Positions 8,407 to 17,921 of a stretch of 64,000 nucleotides of DNA are shown piece by piece. Positions within the stretch are counted from its first letter, which is position 1. Each line of letters opens with the position of its first letter. Location of the stretch: positions 293,719 through 357,718 of the forward strand of contig CAVZSV010000007.1 in the NCBI GenBank assembly GCA_963778115.1. The letters run 5' to 3'. The position numbers were made by a program, and so were the translations under genes. A model generated the notes under the pieces. The model was not told the DNA's origin. It saw only the letters and a list, made by a program, of their open reading frames with translations, and did no database searches. The DNA is from an uncultured delta proteobacterium (GTDB taxonomy: Bacteria; Bdellovibrionota; FAC87; UBA2466).

Positions 8407-9336
8407 TTATTGGTAAGTGCAAGGAGAAGTCTTGCACAGAGCGAATTGATAATAGGAAGCGCTGTTGGTGGGGTCCTTCACTTCGATGCTGACGGCCGTA
8501 CTGCTACTGCTCAAAGAGATATCTGACTTAGAGGTATCCCGATTTATCGTAGAACTTACGGCCCCTGGGGTACCTGTCGCCAAAATGGGGGCTACTGTTG
8601 TCACAGTGGCCAAGGAGGCAATGGTGTTCTGTATCTCGGTGATGGCTCCCACAAGATACTGTCCCATGGGGGTTGTGTAAGTGACCGAATTGGAATTCGC
8701 AAGGGGGCTTGTTTCGGTGAAATCAACGTATTGAGTGCCGTTGTCGAGCACCACCAATATCTTAATGTCATAGACGAAAAACCCGTGGCTAGACGAAACC
8801 GTCATCGAGGTTGAAGTCATCGAAACTTTGGCGTCAGAAGTGTCTTGCATGAAACTGACAACGACATTGGTAATGGAGGGAACCGTGTAACTTGCCGATG
8901 CACAGGTTACCACTTGCCCGGCGGTATTGGTCACCGACCCGTTGGCAACGGCGGCTCCCGCCGTCATCTTGGGCTCAATATAAACAATAGAATTTCCGCT
9001 AGCCGGGAGCGACTGAGAAGTATTATCGATAGAAGCAGAGGCTACCGTCTGGGTCCCCGTCCAATTCAGAGTCACCGTCGCCGCATTGTATTTGAGATTG
9101 GAAACTGCCATCGTACAAGCAAGTGCGGCCGTCCCATCACCGGGGGTAGTAGTTAGCGTCGAACCGTTACCTCCATTGCCGCCTCCGCCTAGAGTCGAAC
9201 CCGAACCCGACGCTCCCGCGCCATCCGTGCCACTAAGTCCGGAATCCGAATTTGAAAGTTGAAGGGGCTGTCCACATCCTGCCGCTAGCAAACACACCAC
9301 AATGATTTCGATCAGTAACGGCAAGTAACGCGACAT
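8407..9336 (-). CDS. Ser/Thr/Gly-rich lipoprotein of unknown function
   Basis: Signal peptide plus lipobox LLAAG|CG, followed by a Gly/Ser-rich linker and a beta-rich Thr/Ser/Val-rich body. Confidence 0.5.
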   Translation of the reverse strand: MSRYLPLLIEIIVVCLLAAGCGQPLQLSNSDSGLSGTDGAGASGSGSTLGGGGNGGNGSTLTTTPGDGTAALACTMAVSNLKYNAATVTLNWTGTQTVASASIDNTSQSLPASGNSIVYIEPKMTAGAAVANGSVTNTAGQVVTCASASYTVPSITNVVVSFMQDTSDAKVSMTSTSMTVSSSHGFFVYDIKILVVLDNGTQYVDFTETSPLANSNSVTYTTPMGQYLVGAITEIQNTIASLATVTTVAPILATGTPGAVSSTINRDTSKSDISLSSSSTAVSIEVKDPTNSASYYQFALCKTSPCTYQ

Positions 9337-9783
9337 AGATCTCCTAACGAATGAACCAAATGCGGAAAAAGGAAGCAGGCGTCCGAGGTGTCGCGGTAAC
9401 GTGTGTGTTACTTAATATTGCAATCTCTAGACCCGTTACCCGAGCGGACAAACAACGCCTGTAGTGGCAAAGAGGTAGACAGTAGGAATACAAAACCCGC
9501 GCATTTCTTTGATTCCACGAATCGAATAGAGAACTTACTTCGCAGTTCATCTCATAGACACTTTCGTCAATAAATCCGGCAGGAAGTATATCGTCGATAG
9601 ATTCCTATTTTTTGACGACGGAGTAAGCATTAAAAACTACCACCGACCTACCGAATGGTCAGCGATATGCAGTTTTTCCTCAGTCAGAAAGAGTACTTTT
9701 ACCGTCGACACGAACGTCACATTTGCTCCAAATTTGGAGACTACGCTGAAAGTGTAATCCTAGGTGTTTTTAAGGTGGGACGT

Positions 9784-10026
9784 ATGTACAAAAGAACACT
9801 ACCTCTCTTATCGGTATTGCTTTTCCTATTGTTATCGAATTGCACCAAGCGCCCTGGCCAGTTGAGTAGTACTTTGCCCGACGTACCTTCGACGACGAAC
9901 GTCGCGGGAGACGAACCCGCGATTGTAAATACGCCGAGTGGTCCCGTTCGCTCCCCGGTAAGTATTTATTCTCCGGCAGCGCTCCCCCCACCTCAGATGA
10001 TTACGTACACCGGAACGTCGAACTGA
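9784..10026 (+). CDS. small putative lipoprotein (80 aa) immediately upstream of the giant gene
   Basis: Internal Met of ORF 9655..10026: MYKRTLPLLSVLLFLLLSN|C, a signal peptide plus lipobox. Pro/Ser-rich tail. Confidence 0.35.
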   Translation: MYKRTLPLLSVLLFLLLSNCTKRPGQLSSTLPDVPSTTNVAGDEPAIVNTPSGPVRSPVSIYSPAALPPPQMITYTGTSN

Positions 10027-10056
10027 AGTTTTTCGTGGGAGGGTGAAAAGTTTATT

Positions 10057-13000
10057 ATGAAACGTTCGAACAACATAGGCAAAGCGCACTTCCTGCGAGC
10101 ACTCACGATCTTAGCTATTGTGTTTGCTTTTCGCGCGAACGCCGAAGTGCAGACGACTCTTAATATGACCGTACCTGCGTTGGTCATGGGAACGTCGGGG
10201 ACCTTTAGCTCTTCCCAGGCCTCGGGCCCGGTCGGCACTAACACAGGAACCGTTCTTCATTCCTACGCGGGAGTGGAAAACTTTGTTCAGACTTCGGGAA
10301 CAGGTCGCTTTTCAACCCTTAACGGAACATCCGTGTTCGGAGTGGGTTTCGATACCTTTCAAATCTTTCAAAGTTTTGTCGATCCCGACTACCTGACCGT
10401 CGTAAATTCGAGCACCACTTGCCCTGTTAACAGTACCTACGACTGGATGATGGTTCGCATGAGAACCCCCGATGCTCCTCGAGACAGAATAAGTGCCACC
10501 GATCCTACGCTAACCGCGGGGGGAACTTTTGCCTATACGGCCTCGACATCCACGTTCACGGGAACCAACTATTTTAATCTGTCGGGTCCGACCTTGGCCT
10601 CAACCAATAGTTACGGAATTTCGGGGTATAACAGTACCGTCTGTACGTCGGGAAAGAATTTGGCTTACTCGACGGGAACAAGTTCGCTCGATCAATACCT
10701 CTATGTTTATTACGGCGCCACCAATGTCTCCATCGTGACCTCTAACGGAAACCCAGAGGTCATTATCGCGACCCCGCAAACCACACTTTCTGCGGGAACG
10801 ATGACTTCACTTGCGAATTACGTTTTCACCGGCCTATACACCTACTTTGTGAACGATACGTCTCAGACGCGCGCTAACGTTTACTTGTATCCGAACGCTG
10901 CCGGAACCACGTATACGATAAAACAAGAGACAAGCCTGACCGATCCCACTCAGTACACTACCATCGGTACCCTTACCTGCACTTCACTGAATTCACCGAC
11001 CACAGGCTTTTGTTCGGGAACCCTCACCCTTAGCGGAGTCACCGGAACGGGGAACGCCGTTTGTCTGGTTTCTCCCAACACCACGGAAAATCTTTTACTG
11101 TGCTCGGCCCAATATCCCGGTTACCTAAGTGATCCCGTCACGATTATCGGAAAAACCGTGAGCCAAGGGGTAAGTCAGGTGTCACTTCCCGCGGCGGCAG
11201 CCAGTGTTGCTAGTTCCGGACAGAGCACCAATCTCACCGCTACGGTCCAAAATTTAAGTTCCCGTTACGCTTCGGTCATCGGAAATCCGACAGATCCAGC
11301 TCTGGATCTCTCTTCGCCGTGGTCAAACACGGGAGCCTTCGGAGGCGGAAGCGGGACTTGTGGGACAACTTTAAAAGCGTATTCGTCTTGTACTTTCCCC
11401 GTGACCTATACCTCCACGGGAATCGGAACTAATACTGGGGTTCTTCGCGTGGCCTACGACAATGGAACCGGGACTAACCCGAATGCCACGGCAAATTTAG
11501 TGGGAACCACGGGGCTCGTAAGTCTTGCTATTACTCCTGCGGGAAATTATTTTGGAAATGGTTCCACGACTCAGTTAACGGTAACGGCGACTTATAGCGA
11601 TAGTTCCACCCAGAACGTGACTAGTGCTGTAAATTGGTCGTCGAGTAATACGAGTGCCGCTACGATCAGTAGTTTAGGGTTAGCTTCCTGGGTCGGACTG
11701 GGATCCTCGACCCTGACCGCTAGCCTTGCGTCCGTGTCCACGAATCAAACTTTCAATGTAGTAACACCCCCGGTTTTGACGGTCGTATCCAACCAAATTT
11801 TTCCGAGTTCCTATTTGAACCAGGGCGCTAACTTCACCCAAGATTTTAATAATATTTCTGGAGGATCTCCTGGCAACGATACCAACATGACTTATACATG
11901 CGTCTACGATCAGGTGGTGGATGGTAGCGTGAGTCCTGGAACCGCGTGCACCTCGCTTCCTGGCACCATTTCTTTCGGATCCACAACGGGAATATTTAAT
12001 TGGACACCCACGGCGGGAGCCTGGGGCCCGTATGAAATTAAAGTCACAGGTACTTTAGACACCAACGTCAGCGTCTCTGAAATCTTTGTCATCGACGTTA
12101 GGCCCGGATATGTAACGACGAACCTGCGAGGAGATTACGAAGCGCAATTTGCCAATCTCACCTCCAACTGGACCTCGGCTAGCTACTACTGGGATGATCT
12201 CACCACAAACGCGTTCAATGGAACCTCTAGTAGTACTACGAATGCCACCTGGGTAGGTAACGGAAGCTACTCCTCCCCGTACGCGCTGACTCTAAACGGG
12301 TCAGCCGACATGGACTTTGGCTCGTCACTGATGGCTTCCCAAACTAAAATGATGTTTACGCTGTGGATGGATCCGACCACCAGCACCAATACGGACCAAG
12401 TCATTTTAGGAAGCAGCAACGATGGTACGGGAAACGGCTTTAACCTAAGACAATCTAAAGGCTCGGCCGGCAAAGTGGATTTCTCGGTAGGTCTAGAAGC
12501 CACTTACACCGCATCGGTAAGCAATCTTACTCCGGTCGCCTACTATCGATTGGACGAGACATCAGGAACCACTCTCCATGATAGTTCGGCGAACGGCTAT
12601 AATTTAACTCTGGCGGGTTCGGGAACCACTCTTAATGTGGCAGGCGCTATTAATGGAGATACGGACACCGCCATTCAATATAACGGCAGCGGTTACGCCT
12701 GTAATACCACGTCAAACTCTCTTTCTGGAACGTTTACCGTCGAAGCTTGGGTCAACCCCTCGGCCACGGGAAGTACTTACGGGATTGTTGGGAGTCGAGA
12801 ATCCAGCGACTACTCGTTTGATATGAGCTACATCAGTGGACAATTTCATGCGGATATCGGAAATGGCACGAGTTGGCTCACCCAAACCGCCAATACCACC
12901 GCAAGCACGTACACCACACTCAACGCTTGGTACCATGTCGTCTATGTCGTCACTCCTACGGGCTACACGGTCTATGTAGATGGCGTAAACGCCGGAAGCA

Positions 13001-14934
13001 ATAGTTACACCAGTGCGACTCCCCTGCTTTTCAACTCCAGCCACAATCTTTGTGTCGGTGCCAGCGGATCCAATTTAAATAATTTTAAAGGCAAGATCGA
13101 CGAGGTCGCTGTCTATAATACAGCCCTAAGCTCGACACAAATCTTAAACCATTACAATTTAGGCAGAACCTACTTCACGACCGTCGTAGGCGATTCCCCG
13201 ACCGCTTATTGGCGTCTGGGAGAGACTTCAGGAACGACTCTCGCCGACTCCACCGCCAATGCTTACAACCTCACCATCTCGGGATCGGGCTATACGATGA
13301 ATCAAACCGGCGCTATCTCCGGAGATTCCAATGGAGCGCTCTTGATGACGGGAGCCTCGCAGAACTGTTATACGGGTTCCGCCACATTGCAAGGAACGTT
13401 CAGTGTCGAAGCCTGGGTCTACCCCACTAATGCGACTTCGCTTAACGGAATCGTCGGGAGTCGAGCCAGTGGAGATGAATCTTTCGACATGAAGTATGAT
13501 AGTGGAGTTTTTCACGGCGATATTGGAAACGGGAGTAGTTGGATAACGACAGCGGCGGATACGGCGGCCTCGTACACCACTCTCAATACTTGGTATCACG
13601 TGGTCTATGTAGTGACACCGACGGGGTATACGATCTACGTAAATGGGACCAACGCCGGAAGCAATACCTGGGCGTCGGCAACTCCGATACTCTTTAATAG
13701 CACTCACACTCTGTGCGTAGGAGCTGATTCCGATGCGGCATTTGAGGAGTTAAGCGGAAAGTTAGATGAAGTTGCCATTTACAATTACGCACTGACCTCG
13801 ACTCAAGTCGCCAATCACTACAATACAGGCATCAATTCGTCCGCAGGAGTGACCTCTTGTACTTCGCTCTCCACTCTGGGCAGCGGAGTTTGGAATGCGA
13901 TCGCCGGTATCTTTGATGGAACCAATGCCATCTTGTACGTAAACGGTAGACAGGAATGCACCATGACGGTCTCGGGATCCTTAACGACACCCGCTTCCGA
14001 CGTCATCGCAGGGGCGACTTCAGCCACTTCGAAATACTGGACAGGATCTCTGGCGGAGTTGCAGATCTATGGCGCGACGGGCGCCACTACCGTTGGAACT
14101 GCCGCCAACGTAAATACGAACTTCACTTCCACCGCCGATCTTTTCCGACAAACTCCCGTAGGAGGCATCGTAACTAACGGTTTGGTACTCCATTACGATG
14201 CCGCCAATGCAACACGGGGACTTGCCTTCCCTGGCGACGGTATCAGCCAGACCTCATGGTTTGATCTCTCCTCTTCGATTTTAGATGGAACTTTAAATGC
14301 GTTTACCGGCACGGGAACTTCCGGTTGGACGGGTTCTGGAACTGCCTCTAGCCCCTATGCCCTTACCTTTAACGGATCTTCAAACTACGTGAGCACGGGC
14401 TATACTCAGACTTCAGCGACGGGATATACCATCGAGGTTTGGGTCAATACGACGGACGCGGGAACCGAAAGAACGTTTGTTAACGATCGCGGAAGCGCCG
14501 GATCTGGCAGCAGTTTAACTCTTGGAATCGGGACCACTGGCGGCGGACATGGAGGAGCGGGTTTAGTGGGATGGGAAGTCGACTCTAACTCCCTAGATAT
14601 CGGAGTCTCCTCAACGACTGCCGTAAACGACGGTAAATGGCATCAGGTAGTGGGAACCTGGTCGGCCTCCTCGGGAACTGCCGTAGCGGCAAGTCAGTTC
14701 ACCATTTACATCGACGATGCGGCAGCCGCGACAACCTCGGGCTCTATAGGCTCAGCCACCTCTCCACTTACCGGCCTAGGAGGAACCAGCATTGGATACC
14801 ACTCTCTTTGGGGAACCTATTTGAACGGTGCTATCGCCAAAGTTGCTATCTACAATCGGGCACTCGCCGCTTCCGAGGTGGTACAAAACTGCAAAGCGAT
14901 CGTGGGACGATTTTCGACCGGGGTTTGTCATTAA
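10057..14934 (+). CDS. giant secreted adhesin-like protein (1625 aa) with a Big_2 domain and multiple LamG-like (concanavalin A-like lectin) domains
   Basis: Signal peptide MKRSNNIGKAHFLRALTILAIVFAFRANA. Bacterial Ig-like group 2 signature (...ITPAGNYFGNGSTTQLTVTATYSDSSTQNVTSAVNWSSSN...). At least four LamG_3-type modules end in (K/A)(I/L)DEVA(V/I)YN.ALS..(Q/E)(I/V)..HYN. Two adjacent modules are about 70% identical. Confidence 0.75.
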   Translation: MKRSNNIGKAHFLRALTILAIVFAFRANAEVQTTLNMTVPALVMGTSGTFSSSQASGPVGTNTGTVLHSYAGVENFVQTSGTGRFSTLNGTSVFGVGFDTFQIFQSFVDPDYLTVVNSSTTCPVNSTYDWMMVRMRTPDAPRDRISATDPTLTAGGTFAYTASTSTFTGTNYFNLSGPTLASTNSYGISGYNSTVCTSGKNLAYSTGTSSLDQYLYVYYGATNVSIVTSNGNPEVIIATPQTTLSAGTMTSLANYVFTGLYTYFVNDTSQTRANVYLYPNAAGTTYTIKQETSLTDPTQYTTIGTLTCTSLNSPTTGFCSGTLTLSGVTGTGNAVCLVSPNTTENLLLCSAQYPGYLSDPVTIIGKTVSQGVSQVSLPAAAASVASSGQSTNLTATVQNLSSRYASVIGNPTDPALDLSSPWSNTGAFGGGSGTCGTTLKAYSSCTFPVTYTSTGIGTNTGVLRVAYDNGTGTNPNATANLVGTTGLVSLAITPAGNYFGNGSTTQLTVTATYSDSSTQNVTSAVNWSSSNTSAATISSLGLASWVGLGSSTLTASLASVSTNQTFNVVTPPVLTVVSNQIFPSSYLNQGANFTQDFNNISGGSPGNDTNMTYTCVYDQVVDGSVSPGTACTSLPGTISFGSTTGIFNWTPTAGAWGPYEIKVTGTLDTNVSVSEIFVIDVRPGYVTTNLRGDYEAQFANLTSNWTSASYYWDDLTTNAFNGTSSSTTNATWVGNGSYSSPYALTLNGSADMDFGSSLMASQTKMMFTLWMDPTTSTNTDQVILGSSNDGTGNGFNLRQSKGSAGKVDFSVGLEATYTASVSNLTPVAYYRLDETSGTTLHDSSANGYNLTLAGSGTTLNVAGAINGDTDTAIQYNGSGYACNTTSNSLSGTFTVEAWVNPSATGSTYGIVGSRESSDYSFDMSYISGQFHADIGNGTSWLTQTANTTASTYTTLNAWYHVVYVVTPTGYTVYVDGVNAGSNSYTSATPLLFNSSHNLCVGASGSNLNNFKGKIDEVAVYNTALSSTQILNHYNLGRTYFTTVVGDSPTAYWRLGETSGTTLADSTANAYNLTISGSGYTMNQTGAISGDSNGALLMTGASQNCYTGSATLQGTFSVEAWVYPTNATSLNGIVGSRASGDESFDMKYDSGVFHGDIGNGSSWITTAADTAASYTTLNTWYHVVYVVTPTGYTIYVNGTNAGSNTWASATPILFNSTHTLCVGADSDAAFEELSGKLDEVAIYNYALTSTQVANHYNTGINSSAGVTSCTSLSTLGSGVWNAIAGIFDGTNAILYVNGRQECTMTVSGSLTTPASDVIAGATSATSKYWTGSLAELQIYGATGATTVGTAANVNTNFTSTADLFRQTPVGGIVTNGLVLHYDAANATRGLAFPGDGISQTSWFDLSSSILDGTLNAFTGTGTSGWTGSGTASSPYALTFNGSSNYVSTGYTQTSATGYTIEVWVNTTDAGTERTFVNDRGSAGSGSSLTLGIGTTGGGHGGAGLVGWEVDSNSLDIGVSSTTAVNDGKWHQVVGTWSASSGTAVAASQFTIYIDDAAAATTSGSIGSATSPLTGLGGTSIGYHSLWGTYLNGAIAKVAIYNRALAASEVVQNCKAIVGRFSTGVCH
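12538..13830 (+). repeat. intragenic tandem duplication (2 x ~666 nt; two LamG-like modules) inside the giant gene
   Basis: Residues YYRLDETSGTTLHDSSANGYNLTLAGSG...KIDEVAVYNTALSSTQILNHYNLG are repeated as YWRLGETSGTTLADSTANAYNLTISGSG...KLDEVAIYNYALTSTQVANHYNTG, with a 222-aa period. The antisense ORFs 12712..13044 and 13228..13707 are by-products of this repeat. Confidence 0.8.
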
Positions 14935-14987
14935 GGATTTCACCTGACCTTTTGGAATCAACAAAGAGACGCCCAAGCAATGAAGGA

Positions 14988-15530
14988 TTAATCCTTAAGG
15001 GTTAATCTTTGACGAGCCATCCACCACTCCTGAAGAAGAAGAGTTCCCCCAATAATCTCCCCCGACACCGCATACCAACTTAATTTATGGGCAAGGTGCT
15101 GCACCAAAGAGTCGTACGGAAGCGCATAGAAATGAGCTCCCAACAAAGGGAAGAAAGCGGAGAGTAGCGTCGCTGAGGGTCCAGGGTCGAAGAGGTCCCC
15201 TATGAAATCTAAAATAAGGTGGGTCAACAACCCTAAAGTCAGCGCTTTCGCCTTGAGAGATCCCCGCCATGCCAGTATGGCGGGGACAACTGCCAGTAAT
15301 AGGGTATGGCCGATAGTGCGCGTTCCGCAGATCAAGCCTAGGTCGTTCCCATGGCGACCGGTTATTGCAGTCAAAGTATAGTAAAGCGGCTTGTCGATAA
15401 GATCCGGGAGTACCGTTCCCAAAACCAACCAGCGAACCGGCAAGCGTTCGCTCCAGGGGCGAACCATCCGTTTTCCAATGCCAATGTGTCCCAAGAATAT
15501 CACTAGGTTATGATCATAGCACCGATTCAC
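14988..15530 (-). CDS. membrane-bound metal-dependent hydrolase-like protein (DUF457/YdjM-like)
   Basis: His/Asp pattern across hydrophobic helices (GHIGIG..., LPDLIDKP, GHTLL, HLILDFIGD) resembles the YdjM family. Confidence 0.45.
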   Translation of the reverse strand: MNRCYDHNLVIFLGHIGIGKRMVRPWSERLPVRWLVLGTVLPDLIDKPLYYTLTAITGRHGNDLGLICGTRTIGHTLLLAVVPAILAWRGSLKAKALTLGLLTHLILDFIGDLFDPGPSATLLSAFFPLLGAHFYALPYDSLVQHLAHKLSWYAVSGEIIGGTLLLQEWWMARQRLTLKD

Positions 15531-15590
15531 GAAATTACAGCTGCCCGCATAAAAAAGTAGCGGCGGTGTTGAATCCTGTGTTAAGTCCCC

Positions 15591-16511
15591 ATGACTGTGA
15601 AACCCCTCACAAAGACATACTTTCCATGGGGACTTCTCCTAGGGGCGCTTTTAAGTAGTTCATTTCTCCACGCCCATGAGGGGAATGTGTTTGATGATGA
15701 GGCTTGTAGTGTCTACATCGTCAGTGAGTCGAGACCTAATCTATCGAGACTGGGCCGAAGAGGCGATTTTTCAGCGGCTGCCTCTGCCGCCATACAGGCC
15801 GAACTAATCCAACGAGAGATTCAAAAAGACTGGCTGGTCTATCGAGCCACTTCTACTTTACGACTCCTTACCAGACTCATCCCTCTTTACACCAAGTTCC
15901 AGGATGAATTTAATAGAGCCTTGGAGAAGGCCGGGGGAGAACTCACCCAGCGTGAATCCATCGCTTACGCTAACCGGACTGCTCGTGAAAAAGTTCTGAC
16001 AGAACTTCTACCCGCCGACGCCGATCCGACGGCCCTATCGGATCAAGAGCTTAACCGTATTTTGGGCGACAAAAGCGCGATTACGGTCACTCAATTTCGC
16101 AGAGCTTTGCATTGGCTCGCGATGGTGTATGCCGTTCGCTATAGCGATGCGATGTGCTATCAATCGCTTCACGATCATATCGCCGGCAGCCAACCCCTCG
16201 AGGAAGCGCACGAGGATCAACTTTTGGAAGCGTCGATTGGGGCAGCCAAGCTCGTGGAAAGCGCATTAGAAATTCAAGTTCGCAATCCGACCCACCAACC
16301 CTTTTTTAAATTTGCAGGGCAACTGTATCTGAGATCTCTTTCCGAACTTGAAGCCACTCACATTGAGGAAGGGGTCCAGGCTCAGGACTTTACCAAAACG
16401 GCTTCTTATTTCGCCGAAGAGCTCACCTTCCACACGCGTTTCGTCCGACAATTTCGAATGGAAAACAATATTTTCGCGAAACTTCTCATCAGAGTGGTAA
16501 CGAACGAATAA
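15591..16511 (+). CDS. hypothetical secreted alpha-helical protein
   Basis: 306 aa with an N-terminal signal-like segment LLLGALLSSSFLHA. No recognised motif. Confidence 0.45.
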   Translation: MTVKPLTKTYFPWGLLLGALLSSSFLHAHEGNVFDDEACSVYIVSESRPNLSRLGRRGDFSAAASAAIQAELIQREIQKDWLVYRATSTLRLLTRLIPLYTKFQDEFNRALEKAGGELTQRESIAYANRTAREKVLTELLPADADPTALSDQELNRILGDKSAITVTQFRRALHWLAMVYAVRYSDAMCYQSLHDHIAGSQPLEEAHEDQLLEASIGAAKLVESALEIQVRNPTHQPFFKFAGQLYLRSLSELEATHIEEGVQAQDFTKTASYFAEELTFHTRFVRQFRMENNIFAKLLIRVVTNE

Positions 16512-16529
16512 GAATCCCGGGTGTGCGCC

Positions 16530-17285
16530 TTAGGGGGACTTGCGGTGAACTACCGAGGTCGAAGCCTGATCGGTGGGATAAAGAACAATCTCTTGAATGT
16601 TCACGTGGGCAGGACGATCTGACGCCCAAAGAATCGCCTCAGCAATGTCCTCGGCCGTAAGAGGGGTCATTCCTTGATAGACCGCTTCCGCTTTGTCGAG
16701 ATCTCCTTTAAATCGGACTAGACTAAAATCAGTCTTCACCATGCCAGGAACAATTTCAGTCACCCGAATGCCGGTGCCATTCAGATCCAAGCGCATGGCC
16801 TGGGTCAACATGGCAACCGCACTCTTCGTGGCCGAGTACACGTTTCCTCGAGGATAAGCCCATCGTCCCGCTACCGATCCTAGATTGATCACATGCCCTT
16901 TTTTGTTCTGAAGGAAGAAAGGCAGAACCGCTCGCGTAAGATAAAGAAGGCCTCGGATATTGGTATCTATCATGGCGTCCCAATCGCCCAAATCGCCGTC
17001 CTGGATGGTCGAGAGCCCTTTTGCAAAGCCGGCGTTGTTCACAAGTACTGTGAGTTCGCTTAAGAGCGCCCCTTTCTCTTCCACAAAACTTTTAACGGCA
17101 TCCCGATTCGAAACGTCTAACGCATACTCGTGAACGGGGACCCGAAACTCTTCGTGCAGAGCCCGAGCTAATACTCGCAGGCGGTCTTCTCGCCGGGCAA
17201 CCAATAGAAGCTCCTGACCTTGCTTCGCAAAGGCCCTAGCCGTCGCCACTCCAATTCCAGCACTCGCTCCAGTAATAAGTATCAT
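16530..17285 (-). CDS. short-chain dehydrogenase/reductase (SDR), NADP-dependent
   Basis: TGASAGIG glycine-rich cofactor motif, NNAG, and catalytic YSATK. The likely start is the internal Met (MILITGASAGIG), giving 251 aa. Confidence 0.8.
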   Translation of the reverse strand: MILITGASAGIGVATARAFAKQGQELLLVARREDRLRVLARALHEEFRVPVHEYALDVSNRDAVKSFVEEKGALLSELTVLVNNAGFAKGLSTIQDGDLGDWDAMIDTNIRGLLYLTRAVLPFFLQNKKGHVINLGSVAGRWAYPRGNVYSATKSAVAMLTQAMRLDLNGTGIRVTEIVPGMVKTDFSLVRFKGDLDKAEAVYQGMTPLTAEDIAEAILWASDRPAHVNIQEIVLYPTDQASTSVVHRKSP

Positions 17286-17402
17286 GGAAGGATTTTTACC
17301 CTCTTTCCGGCTCCCCCGCCAATGAAAAGGTTTCGCTTGTGTGCACTGAGTCAATATGATAGCGGTCGAAGAAGGAACCGAAATTATTTACATGGGGGGG
17401 TT

Positions 17403-17831
17403 ATGCGAGGTTTCTCTTTGTTAGGCGTCTTTCTACTATCTTCACTCTTAAGTCCCGTTTCCTTAGCTGACACCAAACTTTGGCTGTCGCTTGAGGTTGG
17501 ACCTGATCAGGAAGCAGGAACCGAAGGAAATCTGTGCACCATTGAGTATCTCGAGGAGAACTACGTGAAAGTCACTCACGGTGCCTCGGGTCCCGTACCG
17601 ACGAAGGCTCAATTGCCGGCGACTCAGGTAAAAGCGCTGGTCACAAGGGCGCAAGAGACACAACCCATCGTCTATTCGGGCGGCCCCGTCGGTCCTACCG
17701 TTACGTATCGGGCCGGAGCAAGAGAAAGCAGTTCTTTAATTTACTATAGCAGCGAGACGCATCAGATTGAGAACCGGTCCGTTGCCGCGGAAAAACTTCG
17801 CGAACTCATTCTCGACGCCTGCGAAAAATAG
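17403..17831 (+). CDS. small secreted protein (142 aa)
   Basis: Internal Met MRGFSLLGVFLLSSLLSPVSLA is a signal peptide, preceded by a G-rich RBS. The longer ORF start at 17220 overlaps the SDR gene on the other strand. Confidence 0.45.
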   Translation: MRGFSLLGVFLLSSLLSPVSLADTKLWLSLEVGPDQEAGTEGNLCTIEYLEENYVKVTHGASGPVPTKAQLPATQVKALVTRAQETQPIVYSGGPVGPTVTYRAGARESSSLIYYSSETHQIENRSVAAEKLRELILDACEK

Positions 17832-17921
17832 GCGACCCACCGTTCGCAATGACAGGCCTTGGCGGAAGGCTCGCCACACGGTATTTTATGGGGCGAATTT
17901 CTTTTTTAACCAGGAACCCCA

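Noticed and set aside
12712-13707. Two antisense ORFs (110 and 159 aa) inside the giant LamG gene that resemble each other
   Set aside because: They lie on the opposite strand of the 666-bp tandem module duplication. Their mutual similarity follows from the sense-strand repeat, and neither has a start context or motifs.
14975-15000. AAGGATTAATCCTT palindrome after the giant gene as a terminator
   Set aside because: The stem is only 5-6 bp with no loop and no flanking T-run. It sits between convergent genes but is too weak to call.
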